Below are positions 1 to 13,138 of a stretch of DNA of 64,000 nucleotides, piece by piece (positions within the stretch are counted from its first letter, which is position 1; the number at the start of each line of letters is the position of its first letter). The notes under the pieces are model-generated. The model searched no databases. It worked only from the letters and a program-made list of their open reading frames with translations, and was not told the DNA's origin. The DNA is from Hypanus sabinus. Lineage: Eukaryota. The position numbers and the translations under genes are program-made. Location: NCBI RefSeq assembly GCF_030144855.1, contig NC_082722.1, positions 20,088,001-20,152,000 of the forward strand, in the 5' to 3' direction.

Positions 1-282
1 TGAAGGACGTCCATTTAAAACTCATCTGCGGAGAAATTACTTTAGTCAGCGTGTGGTATATCTGTGTAATTTGTTATCACGAACGGCTTTGGAGTCTTAG
101 TGACCGGGTATACTTACAGCAGAGATAGAGATGTTCTTGATTACCGGGGCATCAAAGGGTATTGGGAGAAGGCAGCGGAGTGAGCGTGGATGGAAGAATT
201 GCATCAGCCCACTATTGTAAGGCGGCGGAGAATCGAGGAGCCGAATAGTCTACTTCTGCTCCTGTATCTTATGGTCTTATGA
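1..282 (+). mobile_element. CR1 LINE 3' end
   Basis: FKT...R..FSQRVV-type coding tail plus a 3' UTR ending in TCTTATGG repeats, similar to 53650-53920. Confidence 0.6.
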
Positions 283-1182
283 TCGTACGGTCTCAGCAAG
301 AAATGGTGGAGCAGACCAATTGTCAAAAGTGCCAGAATATGCTCCTATATCTTATGGTTTTATAGTCTTATGGCTGATTGGCCTGATCTGCCTCCTCGTT
401 TTCTCACCTACCTGTGACCCGCTCTGCCCACTTGCTGCTTGAAGATTTGCCTGAATGATGGGTGGCTGGGGTAGATTTCCCATCACGAATCATTTATTGG
501 CTTTGTTTACCCAGGTCTCTTTGCATCTCAAATCCCTTCGACCTTTCCACTCATAAATACTGTCTGTATTTCTACATTCAAGTAAAAGTGCCGAAAGTCA
601 TATCTCATTATTAATACCCAAAATGCTGACAGTGGGAGGTTGCCTAAGACAGCAAAAATGAAGCAGGTTATGGAGACAGCTCAGTTCATCAGGAAGCCAA
701 CCTCCCATCGATGTAGTCTGTACACACTTGGTATCACTGTCTCCTCTAATCTTCACGGGTGCGCCCCCGCGTGGTAGCTGAAGCACTCCCGCACACCTTG
801 CGAATATAATTTAGAATCTATGTAAATATATATATGAAATACCCTGTAATCTATTGTGCTGGTGTATACAATCTATTTGTTTTCCAAATAATAAACGTAC
901 CAAGACCATTACCGTGTAACGCTTCTGAGCTTCAACGTATTACGTTGTCAGTATTTCAGGTTGCAACGCTGTGAGAAATTATAACAGTCAGTTCAGAGTG
1001 GAAATCGGTAGGTCATTGTTAATAAACTGCCATTCCATACACAATCCTTTTACAAGTCATGGCAAAATTTCCTGCTTGCAACAATTGTTTGTCCGTGCTG
1101 CTGTTAAAAGATAAGTCGGGGGAACGTTGCTTCCCTCCCCCTAAGAAAAGAAACCTGCCCAATAAAAGGCATATTATCTTCG

Positions 1183-1380
1183 AAGACTGATGAAGGGTCT
1201 CTACCCGAAATGTTGATTGTTTTTATCTCTCCAGATATCTGGGGTTTTCAACCGTTTTATGCCACGGACCCCCACGATTAACAGAGGTTGGGAGCCGCTG
1301 TCAGAGATGGCGCATGTCCTGCTGAGTTTCTCCAAGATTTTCTGTTTGCTACACTGGATTTCAGAAACTCTTGTGATTTT
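1183..1380 (+). mobile_element. Penelope-like terminal repeat fragment with hammerhead-like core, interrupted by a MITE
   Basis: CTGATGAAGGGTCTCTACCCGAAA followed, after the MITE, by CCTGCTGAGTTTCTCCA; same motif family as 3425, 13924, 61077 and 63872. Confidence 0.65.
1239..1300. mobile_element. Short hAT-type MITE
   Basis: Imperfect 15-bp TIRs (ctggggttttcaacc / ggttgggagccgctg) and an imperfect 8-bp TSD (ccagatat / tcagagat). Confidence 0.45.
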
Positions 1381-1409
1381 CTCTGCCATGAACACTAACT
1401 GGATATAGT

Positions 1410-2030
1410 GGAGGGATAGCAGAAGCGTTGATGCACAAAGGGATTTTACGGTGCACGTTGCAACGACACCTCAGGATCCAGATAAGAATGAGTTTAACTT
1501 CCTTGCCCTCTTGGCAATATATTGACAAGAGCTAGGACATCATGTTGTACCTGCAGACAATGGCTAGGCCGGTTATGGAGTGTCATGTGCTCACAGTTAA
1601 CACGTAGTAGAGTTAGAACGATTGCAAAAGAGATTCTCTGGAACATTGCCTGGAATGGAAGGCTTTAGTGGCACGGAGAAATTGAATAGACATGGATTGT
1701 TTACTCTGGAGTACAGGTGACTGAGGGATCACCTTATGAATTAGAAAAAAAAACAAAACAATTGTTACGGACATTAATATACAAGCTGTTCACAGCCGTT
1801 TTCTCAATACAGGGGATATAAATCTGGAAAACATAGTTGTGATATGTGAGAGAGAAAAATAAAGTGGAACTGGGCACGACATACTTTTCTAATGGACAGA
1901 GGACGGTAGGTATATAGAACAAGCTGTCAGATGAAGTGCTATCGTGATGGAGCTAGCTAAGAACGGCTATGTAAATACTTTCGTTCTGAATGGATGAAAC
2001 GTGTGGAATAGCCCTCTGAGGTGATGCACT
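1410..2030 (+). mobile_element. Decayed CR1 RT 3' fragment
   Basis: Similar to the CR1 RT C-terminal region (caaaagagattc...attgcctggaatggaagg). Confidence 0.5.
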
Positions 2031-2754
2031 CCAGGATTCAATGTTTTCGTTCAGCTGAATATCTACAACAAACTCCTCGTGCAGGTTAACAGGAAATTAC
2101 AAATAGCAGAGAATAGAAAATACAATATCGGGCCCGCTGATGATATCAAGGAAAGCCTTGATGGTTAAAATTTACATGTGTCTCAGAAATTGATTTCCGG
2201 ACCATTGGCTTTTTTTTAAAAAGTTCGACGTTTAAGTTACAGACAATGGATTATTGTTTTTATTTATATAAAGTGACTTCAAAGACTCTTCCTCGCAACT
2301 GAATGTTTCAAATATTTTTCTGCGATATCCGTGTTTCAATTCTATGGCGCGTGCCTCCTGGAAAGAGAAAAATGAGAAGCTTCATCACAATGTTAAATAA
2401 AACAGAGTTTTAAGATTTAATATTTAAACGCATCGATTGCTGACAGCCTTCCAATCTTGGACGGTTACATCATGAGCGACTATTTGGAGAATGATTGCGG
2501 TTTATTTTCATTTAAGGCAGAAAATAATGAACTGTGTTCGGATCGCACAGTGAAACAAAGAAGTGGCCGTTCCATGAATAAAATTATATTATTTGTGTAA
2601 TTGATTTTACAACTGAGCTGGGTTCTAGATTGACATCGCTATTTGAATGACTTTGAAGTGTTGTCAAACTTGTACTAAGGTGGGGAAAGACATCAGTTTG
2701 TTTCGAAACAAAAAAATGTAAATCTAAATAGAATGGAGACAACTTAAAAATTAT

Positions 2755-3520
2755 TGCTTCATCACGTCCATTCAGGGCCACGAACAGTGAGGTAACATTT
2801 CACCTGCGAATGGGCCAGGGTGGTCTATTGTAGCCAGAGCTACCGATGCGGCCTCCTCTACAGTGGTGAGACTCGACATAAACTGGAGACCACTTTTCAA
2901 GCACTCCCAGTTCATCCGAAAATGCGGAATTTGCGAGTGGCCAACTATTTTTTAATCCTGTCCATTCACGTTCTGCCATATCGATTCATGCTCTCATCTT
3001 ATGCTTTCAAGAGTCTACTCTCAGGGTGGGCGAGCAACCACTCGGATTCAGTCTCGATAGCCTCCAACCAGACGACATGAACATCGACTTCTCCTTCAAG
3101 TATTTTCCCTACTACGTCCCTCTTCTGTTCCCACCTCTGTCCTCTTATCCTCTCCGCTCTGCTGCCTATAACCTCCACTTCCGTGCCACTTCCTTCCATT
3201 TCTCCCGTAGTCTACCCTCCTTTCCTAATAGATTCCTTATTCTCCAGCTGTTTGCATTTTCAACCTCTTACCTCCCAGCTTCTTACTTCATCCCACCGCC
3301 CAACCGCACATCCACCTCTTCCCCCCTCCCCCCAAAGCCCCCTCGACCTGACTTCACCTATCACCTTCTAATTCGTCCTCCATCCCACCGCCTTTTGATT
3401 CTGGAATCTTCTATCCTCCTTTCCAGTGCAAATGAAGGGACTCGGACCGAAACGTTGACCGTTCATTCACTTCCATGGATGTGGCCTGATCCGCTGAGTT
3501 CAACTTGTCTGTGTTGCACT
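2755..3520 (+). mobile_element. Penelope-like element 3' part (GIY-YIG endonuclease + terminal repeat)
   Basis: FTCEWARVVYCSQSYRCGLLYSGETRHKL matches the PLE GIY-YIG motif, followed by a pyrimidine-rich UTR and the gaagggactcggaccgaaacg terminus. Confidence 0.78.
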
Positions 3521-4689
3521 GGATTTCCAATATTTGCAGAATATTTGCGTTACTGATATTAATGCTCCTTTATCAGATCTTTCAGAAAATAATTGACATT
3601 TTGGGAAAAAGGGAACACTGGGAGCTAAAGGTAACGTGCTGTGCCTCACGGAGAATTGTTTGGATAGCTGCCGCTGAGAGAAGCGTGGCAGGAGCCGGTA
3701 GCATGTCATTTTTGTTTTGGCCTCCATCTTCTTGCTATTTTTTCCAAGATATGAATGAAGTAACACAAGGCCATGGGAATGAATATCACGTTGGATAGCA
3801 CAATAATTTCTGGACAACAGCAGCAACACTTTTACAAAAAAAAAAACGATGTCCGCAAAAAAAGAAAGCTTAACAGTTGATCATAGAGCGTCAGGGAGAG
3901 CGAAACAGATCTAAGATTGCCAATCGATCGTCCGATGAATGTTTGCAAATAAAGGAGCTGATTTTGTTTCCCATTCTTGGATTCTCCCTACTCTACGGAA
4001 CACCTTTCACGTTATACTCCAAGTATAGTGGAATCTGAACCCCTTGCAATATGCCTGTAAGTACTTTTTATCTCTGATAAAGTTCCTGATGGTTGGGGAA
4101 AAATTTATGTGTTAACGAAATACACATGGCAATAGACAGATATTGCACAATTTGTGGGGTTTCCTGAAGTGGCCGAAACGCCTCCCGAGAAAATTAATCG
4201 AATAGCCATTAGAGGTAAGTGGGACTGTCAAATCGAAACCGTTTTAAGCATCTGATTTCCTTTTGGTAAAACTCAAAACTTCTCAAATCTTCCAAAACGA
4301 AAACAAAAATTAAATAATTATATTTTTAAACTCCGAAGAAATATTTTTCTCAGTTATCAATACTTTCAAACAGATCAAACACCGTTTTTAGCAGTGAATC
4401 AATTTCAATTGAGAAGCATTTGAGGATTTAAATACAATCCGGCCAATATCTCTAAGGTGTATTCTAAACTGATAACACATCTGTACTTTGTTTTACCCTC
4501 AACTGTGATTCTCATCATTCCCTTCTATTAGCCAAATGAGAATATTGCTCACACCTCCAGAAGTCACGTGGGTTTTTTTCCACACTATTTAATTTCATCT
4601 GAGTTGGACAATAGGTTCCAGTCCTTGTTTCTTTATGTGACCTTAACATGAGGCCACAATCGGAGAATACTCGGCTGACCTACTCGAAT

Positions 4690-5440
4690 AAACTATCCGT
4701 GAACAGAGCACATTCACGCGACCCCGTCCATGCCTACTATCAAACAGCAAGTATATAAACCACACATTGACACTAAATTATTCTGACAATGCCACACTAT
4801 CCCCAGCATTCCAAGGAACCACCTCACCCCACCTAAATGGATCCATGGCGTCATACGGCACTGCACCGGGTCTTCGACCCAGTTAGACCCATTTACTTTC
4901 GTTTGGACCTTATCACAATCAACCTTTTACTGCCTGTGTACCAATTCAAATGTTCCGAACACGTTACAATTGTACCCATCTCTACAGATTCATCCGGTTC
5001 TCTATTCAAGCTATCAATCCCCGTGGTTTTGCAAAACTTGCCCCAGATCTATTTAATTTGTTTCTCTCTCATCTTGAATCGATGCATTCTCATTTTTGAA
5101 GCAGCTATTCTGGATAAAAGACTTAAACCATACCCTCTGTTTACGTCACCAGCGAACCTCCTGTGCTCTAGAGAGAAGTAACCCTAGACACTCCCTACAG
5201 CGAAAAACATGCTGGCCCGCAAATGTATTTAGGAATCTCTCCTGCAGTAGCTCAAGGTTCGTCCGGCCGCTTCCTCAGCTGGCTGATCAGAAGTGCTCAG
5301 AATACTCTGAGTCTGTTTCACCAACGACTTGTACAGTGAACATGACGGCCCAGATGTTGTACTCATTGCTGGAACTGTTAAATAAATGTGACTAGCACCT
5401 TCTTCACCAGTCCGTCCACTCCTCTTGTCGCTTTCAAATA
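4690..5440 (-). mobile_element. Decayed CR1 3' fragment
   Basis: Minus strand resembles the CR1 segment gtcatgtt..ctgtacaagtcgttggtg..gagtatt and the downstream RT tail. Confidence 0.45.
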
Positions 5441-6613
5441 TCAATCTTCATGTACCCCTCAGTCACTTTGTTTTACTTCAACTCCCTGGGTAATCCACTG
5501 TGCAATTCCAGCCCTGGTTTAACTAACCAAAGGACAACACTTCGCAAATGGTCGAGTTATATTCTATTTGCACTTGTTTGCCCTACTTTCGCACTTTACC
5601 GTCGCAGTTATCTTTCAGTCGAATATACCACCAATGTCGTTGCGTTATGAAAGATATTACTGAAGTTAAAATAGTTTTCATCTGAATATTTCGGAGATGA
5701 CAAACAGTAGGAGAACGGGAACCTACCTGTTCAGTACACCGTTAGCTGCAGGCGGTCATTCTTGATATCAAATTTCCACTGTCTGCGTCTGACTCCCTCT
5801 ACCAAAACAATGCTGTGTTCTTGTGCTCAGGTAGCTGGCTCTCTCTGGCTCCCAAGTCATCTGCATTTCTATGCAAGCCTGTCATACGGGAGCTTACAAA
5901 CGTCAATGAAGGACAAGTCTAGTTGCTGCACTAAGCAATTTTATACATCACCTCTTCAAAACAACTCAATTAAATTTGTGAGAAGAGATTCCAAATGACA
6001 AATCCATGCTGTGGTTACTATTTCAACCTTTTCCTTTGCAAATTGTGATAGATTCTCTCTCTCCGATCCACTCCAGTATCTTTCCACGCACCGATATTGG
6101 GATCATCAACTTCAACTCTCCGCTTGTCTTTGCAGATTTTCTTAAATACATGCACATTTGTCAATTCTGCGGTAACTCAATCCTGGTTAAAGACGATGAT
6201 GGTATCTTTGCAATAGGCCTTACAATTTCTCCTCTAGCTTCTCACAATGTCTAAAGATACACTTGATTAGGTACCGTATATTCATCAAACGGAATGTGTT
6301 CTTACACCGTGAATACCCCGTTCCCCGCAGGCTTCCAATTTTCATGTGCGTCTGTTAGAAAATAATGTTTTTCCCGTTAATCCCTTGGCTTTCCTGCTTT
6401 TCACCACAGTGATGGGAAATAATAATTCACACCTCGGTCATCTCGATTTCTCAGTCGCTATTTCCTCATTTCCTCATGCTTTTTCTTCAGAAGTTGTATT
6501 ATGCTACCTTAGTGCTCTCATGATTTCCCTCAGGTGTACTACAGTACATATTATGTTTCTGCCGGGAATTGCATGAACCCGTTCCCTATAAATGACTCGG
6601 GTCTCCTTTCTCC

Positions 6614-7456
6614 TATTACATACTCGTGACACATGACAGTGGAGCCCTTGTCATGTGACTGGGGTTGAAGCTGTAGTGGACTTGAGGTGATGGTCTTGTG
6701 ATGGTGGAATGACGTAATTTTCCCGCCAGTGGAGATCATGTGACGGGATTTTTTTACAGGTTATAAAAGGTAGACCCCACCCTGTGAGGAGGGGCAGTTC
6801 GTGGCTGGATTTGCCAGGTTGACTTCATGCCACTGCGTGTTTGAAGTGATGACGCAGTTTAGTTGAAGGATGAAGTTTTTATTTAATGTCTAAAGTTTAA
6901 AAGGTCATTGCCAGCAGGTTCTTTATGATTCTGTTAGTTTGAGAATGAGAGGAGAGTGAAGATTCGAAGTTCGGAAGTTAAAGATCGAGGAGAATCGCTT
7001 TCTACGGTGAAACGGGGCCGACCTTTGTTTGTTCCTTATTTGGAAGGATTTCGTTGACTATCTTCGTGTTAATCCCTAGGTTTACCTAGAAAGGATTGAA
7101 GGTAGTGGAGAAGGAAAGGTCAGTGCCTTTAAGCCGTTCTGTTTCGTAAATTCTTCGTGGGAAGTTCGACGTCGGGGATCGAAGCAAGCGACGTGAAAGA
7201 GAACCTAAATCGTCCTATAAAGTCTCTCCTTTTAAATGGACTGCGAGCATATCGAACTTTTGGCAATACCACTTTAAAGAACTGTTTTGGAATATCACTT
7301 TACGAACTGTTTGAACAGCCGCTCAGCAGCTGTTTCCGGTTACGATAGTCTTTGTTTACTTTTGGGGGGTTTGTTTTCTGTGTTTAATAAACGTGTTGTT
7401 TGTTATAAGAAACCCTTGCCGATCTCATATATTTATTGTTGCCTGAATACGTAACA
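6614..7456 (+). repeat. 5' LTR
   Basis: Direct repeat of 12296-13138 with about 11 substitutions by eye. Termini T(A)TTAC(A)TA...TACGTAACA; TATAAAA near 6762 and AATAAA near 7386. Confidence 0.96.
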
Positions 7457-7463
7457 TTAAATA

Positions 7464-7481
7464 TGGGGGCTCGTCCGGGAT
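7464..7481 (+). other. Primer-binding site for tRNA-Pro
   Basis: TGGGGGCTCGTCCGGGAT is the 18-nt complement of the tRNA-Pro 3' end (same as the MLV PBS), 7 nt after the LTR. Confidence 0.93.
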
Positions 7482-7552
7482 CGAATCATTTGAGTTTAAA
7501 TGCTTGCTGACTTTTAAATCGGTGTTTTCGAAACGGGGATTACTCGGTTCTT

Positions 7553-10500
7553 TTGTTTGGCTTGTTGTGGTATTCGGCAGCAATGAATATTGGTGAGTTT
7601 CTGGCTTCGCCAGCTGCGGAGGTGTTGGCGAAGGCGAGAAAAACTAAGGTGTTTGAGATAGCTAGTGGATTGCGACTTAAAGGTATTTTGCAGACTACTT
7701 CTAAGGCTGTGATACAGAGAAAAATCACGTCACACTTTGTGGATTCGGGTGTTTTTGATGAATCGATTTTAGAGTCGTTTCAAATAAGTAATCTGGAGAT
7801 GCAGTTGCAAATCGAACAAATGAAATTGGAACAAAGTAAAGCTGATTTAGAGAGGTGTAAATTGGAAATGGAACAAAAGCAGAGAGAATTTGCATATGCA
7901 ATGGAGGAATTAAAGTTTGGAAATCAGTCTTCTGGTTCTAAAAAAATGTTTGTTGCTAGTCAAGAAATTAAATTGGTCCCTCCATTTAGTGAAACAGAAG
8001 TGGAAAGGTATTTTCAACATTTTGAAACTATTGCTCGGATGTCAGAGTGGCCGAAAGATAAATGGTCAGTGTTGTTACAGAGTGTAATTAAAGGCAAAGC
8101 ACAACAAGTTTACACAGCTTTAACAGCTGCGCAAGCACTTGATTATGATATTGTAAAGAGTCCTATTTTAAACGCATATGAGTTAGTCCCAGAAGCATAT
8201 AGGGAAAGATTCAGAAGTTTGAAAAAGTCTGTGGAAAAAACTTACGTGGAATTTGCCTATGATAAAGCTATGTGTTTTGAGAGATGGGTTTCTTCTAAAA
8301 ATGTAAATGGGGACTATGATACATTGAGAGAGCTGATTTTAATGGAGGAATTTAAAAGAAGCATTCCTGTTGAAGTAAGGACCTACTTAAATGAGAGGGA
8401 TAGTGATAAATTGCAGGACTGTGCTAGATTAGCTGATGAGTATGTTTTGGTCCATAAGAACAAATTTCATCAGGGTAAAATTTTTAAGAGGAAAAATAAC
8501 ACGGAGACTCCAGATAAATTTGAAATTAAATCGGAGGTTAATGAGAAAGGAAAGCCTGTAAAGGAAAGACAGTTTGGTCTTACTTGTAACTATTGTAAGA
8601 AGCCTGGCCATGTAATAGCTAACTGTTTCAAATTGAAAAAGAAAGAGAAGGAAGCAGTTCCAGATGCTTGTGTGCAACATACTGAAGCACCTGTAAAGTT
8701 ACAGGGTTTGATAAACACAAATGAGGCTTTGTTAGAGTCTGACCAAGTTAGAAAGGGATATGATCATTTTATAACTGAAGGGTTTGTATCCTTGAAGGAA
8801 GGATCTACTCTGGTGCCAATAAAAATCCTTAGGGATACTGGTGCTTCTCAGTCATTGATGTTAGACAGTGTGTTGAAGTTTGATGAAGAGTCTGATACTG
8901 GTGAGCTAAATTACATAAGAGGTGTTGGAAGTGATTTTATGCCTGTACATTTACATAAAGTAAATTTAAAATCAGGGTTAGTTACTGGATTTGTTAAAGT
9001 AGGATTACAGCATAGCTTACCTGTGAAGGGTATTTCTTTATTGTTAGGTAATGACTTGGCAGGTGGACAAGTTTTTCCTGAAGTGCATTTGACAATGGAA
9101 TCAGAGGAACCAGAGTTGAATTCTAACACAGATTCTTCCTGTGTTGTGACTAGAGCTATGGCTAAAAAGATTGATGCGCAGAATGAGGTTGTTATTCAGG
9201 ACTGTTCAACTCAGGATTCGAGTTTTGAGGATGTGTCAGAGACTTTCTTATCTTCATTGTTTGAACAAGATTCTGGGAGTAAGTCTGACTATAAATATTT
9301 ATCTTTGTCTAGGAAGGAGATGATAGCAGAGCAGAATAGAGACTCTGAGATTATAAAATTAAGAGAGCAGGTTTTACTAGATAGTGAAATTGATAACGTG
9401 CCAGTAGGATATTACTTGGAAAAAGGAGTGTTGATGAGGAAGAGGAGATCGCCTACAATTCCTGCAAGTGAGGATTGGAATGTTGTTTACCAGGTAGTTG
9501 TTCCAAAAGCTTATCGAAATGAGATTTTGACTTTAGCTCATAGTGTGCCTTTAGGTGGACATCAAGGGGTAAGGAAAACTGTGGACAAGATTTTAAAACA
9601 TTTTTACTGGCCTGGTCTAAGAAAAGATGTGGCGATGTTTTGTAAAACGTGCCATACTTGTCAAATTGTGGGTAAACCAAATCAGGTTACACCAGTAGCT
9701 CCATTACAACCTATCCCAGCATTTGGTGAACCATTTTCTAAAGTTATTGTAGATTGTGTTGGTCCATTACCAAAGACAAAAACTGGTTATCAGTATTTGT
9801 TGACTATCATGTGTACTTCTTCTAGGTTTCCAGAGGCAGTACCACTTAGGAATATAAAAGCTAAGACTGTGACAAAGGCCCTTATAAATTTTTTTACTTA
9901 TTTTGGATTACCTAAGGAGATACAAACTGATCAAGGCAGTAATTTTATGTCTGGATTGTTTCAACAGATAGTTTATAAATTGGGAGCTAAGCAAATCACT
10001 TCGTCTGCATACCATCCAGAATCGCAGGGTGCCTTAGAGAGGTTTCATTCTACCCTCAAGAATATGATTAGGACATTTTGTGTGGAAAATGAAAGTGACT
10101 GGAATGAGGGTATAAACTTACTTTAATTTGCAGTAAGGGAATCGGTACAGGAATCTTTAGGTTTTAGTCCATTTGAACTTGTGCTTGGGCATAGAGTTAG
10201 AGGACCTTTAGCTTTGTTGAAAGAACAGTGGATTAATAAGGAATTACACACTAATTTGTTGGACTATGTGTTGAAATTTAAGGACAGGTTACATAAAGCT
10301 TGTAGCTTAGCTAAGGAAAATTTAAAGTTGGCTCAGGAGAAAATGAAGACTTGGTATGATAAAGACGCTAGGATGAGGATGTTTAAGCCTGGAGATAAGG
10401 TGTTGGTTCTTTTCCCAGTGCAGACAAATCCTTTACAAGCTAGATTTCATGGTCCTTATGAAATTGTGTGTAAAATCAATGATGTGGATTACGTGGTAAA

Positions 10501-12101
10501 AACTCCAGATCGTAGAAGGTCAACACAGCTTTGCCATATAAATATGTTGAAACCATATTTTGAGAAACAATCTGATACTGTGACTGTTGTGGTTAGTGAG
10601 AATGAGTTTGATTTAACTAGGAACATGATAGATGATTCATCTGACTTTCATTCTAAATCCAACATTGTTTCTGTTAGGTTACCAAATTCAACCATTCTGG
10701 AAAATATTGATGAAAAATTAGCACATTTACAGTTAGAGCAGAGACAACAGATGAAGGAGTTGATTTTTAAATATAGGGAGTTGTTTCCAGATGTTCCGAG
10801 AAGGACTTCTATTGCTTCACATGATGTAGATGTTGGGGATGCCAAACCTATTAAACAACATCCATATAGGATGAACATGGAAAAATGTGAACTTGCTGAG
10901 AAAGAAATTGAATATATGTTAGAGAATAATATCATTAGACATTCTAACTCGAATTGGAGTTCGCCATGTGTTATGGTGCCAAAGCCAGATGGTAGTATTA
11001 GGTTTTGTACGGATTATAGGAAGGTGAATGCTGTAACGAAAACAGATGCATATCCAATTCCTAGAGTAGATGATTGTGTAGATAAAGTTGGAAAGGCAAA
11101 GTTCCTTACAAAGATTGATTTATTGAAAGGGTATTGGTGTGTTCCATTAACGGACAGAGGTAGAGAGATTTCTGCATTTGTAACTCCATCTGGATTATAT
11201 GAGTATAATGTTCTTCCATTTGGGATGAAGAATGCCCCAGGTACTTTTCAGAGGATGATTAACTTTGTGATTCAGGGATTGAAAGATACTGATGCTTATA
11301 TTGATGATTTAATGACAGGAAATGATACTTGGGAAGCACACATTATTGCGATGGAGAAATTGTTTGAAAGGCTTTCAAAAGCTAACTTAACTATTAATTT
11401 AGCTAAGAGTGAATTTGGACATGCCACTGTGACTTACCTTGGTTATGTTGTGGGTCAAGGTAAGGTAGCTCCTATTCAGGCAAAAGTTCAGGCAATTTTA
11501 GAGATTCCCACTCCAACGGGGAAAAAAACTCTCAGAAGGATTTTGGGAATGGTAGGATATTATCCGAAATTTTGTAAGAATTTTGCTAATGTTGCCCTTC
11601 CATTAACTAACCTTCTGCGGAAGAATGAGAAGTTTGTATGGACGGTGCCTTGTCAAGAAGCCTTTGAAAAATTGAAAACAATGATATGTCAACAACCTGT
11701 GCTTAAGGCACCTGACTTTGGAAAACCTTTTTCATTGGCTGTGGATGCTACTGATGAGGCTGCAGGAGCAGTATTATTGCAAAGGAATGAGGGTGATGAG
11801 GTTGATCATCCAGTAGCTTACTTTTCTAAGAAATTTAATGAGCATCAAAGAAATTATTCAACAGTAGAGAAAGAATTGTTATCTCTTGTTTTAGCTTTGG
11901 AATATTTTGAGGTATATGTTAGTACAACTCAGAAACCACTTATTGTTTACACTGATTATAATCCGTTAGTTTTTCTGAGTAAGATGAAAAACAAAAACAG
12001 AAGGTTATTAAATAGGTTTGATGTTACAAGAGTACAATTTTGTGATAACTCAAATTAAAGGTAAAGATAATGTGGTTGCTGATTGTCTATCTCGATGTTG
12101 A
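7553..12101 (+). pseudogene. gag-pol polyprotein, one nonsense codon and one late frameshift
   Basis: CNYCKKPGHVIANC knuckle (~8585), RDTGAS protease (~8834), HHCC and D,D,E integrase (~9540-10040), YIDD RT (~11297), RNase H (~11720-12100). ORFs 7553-10126 and 10181-12058 are in the same frame, split by TAA at 10124 (LL*FAVRE). A frameshift near 12013 hides the MLQEYNFVITQIKGKDNVVADCLSR C-terminus. Confidence 0.95.
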
Positions 12102-12295
12102 ATGTACACTGTAATTTTTTTTATGGAGTGGTTTTTTTTTCAATTGTAACACTCCTACTGTATTGTGAGATATAAGCTGTTATATGATGGTGTTGTGTAT
12201 TGTGTATGTTATAAAATTTATACCTTTGTTTTTCTTGTAAGCAATTGTTAAAAATTTTTGTTCTTGTCAGACCAAAAATGTTTTTTTGAGGGAGG

Positions 12296-13138
12296 TGTTA
12301 CGTACTCGTGACACATGACAGTGGAGCCCATGTCATGTGACTGGGGTTGAAGCTGTACTGGACTTGAGGTGATGGTCTTGTGATGGTGGAATGACGTCAT
12401 TTTCCCGCCAGTGGAGATCATGTGACGGTTTTTTTTTACAGGTTATAAAAGGTAGACCCCACCCTGTGAGGAGGGGCAGTTCGTGGCTGGATTTGCCAGG
12501 TTGACTTCATGCCACTGCGTGTTTGAAGTGATGACGCAGTTTAGTTGAAGGATGAAGTTTTTATTTAATGTCTAAAGTTTAAAAGGTCATTGCCAGCAGG
12601 TTCTTTATGATTCTGTTAGTTTGAGAATGAGAGGAGAGTGAAGATTCGAAGTTCGGAAGTTAAAGATCGAGGAGAATCGCTTTCTACGGTGAAACGGGGC
12701 CGACCTTTGTTTGTTCCTTATTTGGAAGGATTTCGTTGACTATCTTCGTGTTAATCCCTAGGTTTACCTAGAAAGGATTGAAGGTAGTGGAGAAGGAAAG
12801 GTCAGTGCCTTTAAGCCGTTCTGTTTCGTAAATTCTTCGTGGGAAGTTCGACGTCGGGGATCGAAGCAAGCGACGTGAAAGAGAACCTAAATCGTCCTAT
12901 AAAGTCTCTCCTTTTAAATGGACTGTGAGCATATCGAACTTTTGGCAATACCACTTTAAAGAATTGATTTGGAATATCACTTTACGAACTGTTTGAACAG
13001 CCGCTCAGCAGCTGTTTCCGGTTACGATAGTGTTTGTTTACTTTTGGGGGGTTTGTTTTCTGTGTTTAATAAACGTGTTGTTTGTTATAAGAAACCCTTG
13101 CCGATCTCATATATTTATTGTTGCCTGAATACGTAACA
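12296..13138 (+). repeat. 3' LTR
   Basis: TGTTACGTA...TACGTAACA perfect 9-bp terminal inverted repeat, preceded by polypurine tract GAGGGAGG (12288-12295). Confidence 0.96.

Larger units (their letters stand above)
6614..13138 (+). mobile_element. Full-length Ty3/Gypsy LTR retrotransposon of Gmr1-like type
   Basis: Two 843-bp LTRs, 4-bp TSD CTCC (6610-6613 and 13139-13142), tRNA-Pro PBS, PPT, and a gag-pol frame with order Gag-ZnK-PR-IN-RT-RH. Confidence 0.97.

Noticed and set aside
1058-1115. Possible leader exon MAKFPACNNCLSVLLLK
   Set aside because: No GT donor and not conserved in the paralogous B segment; the true A leader is at 14169.
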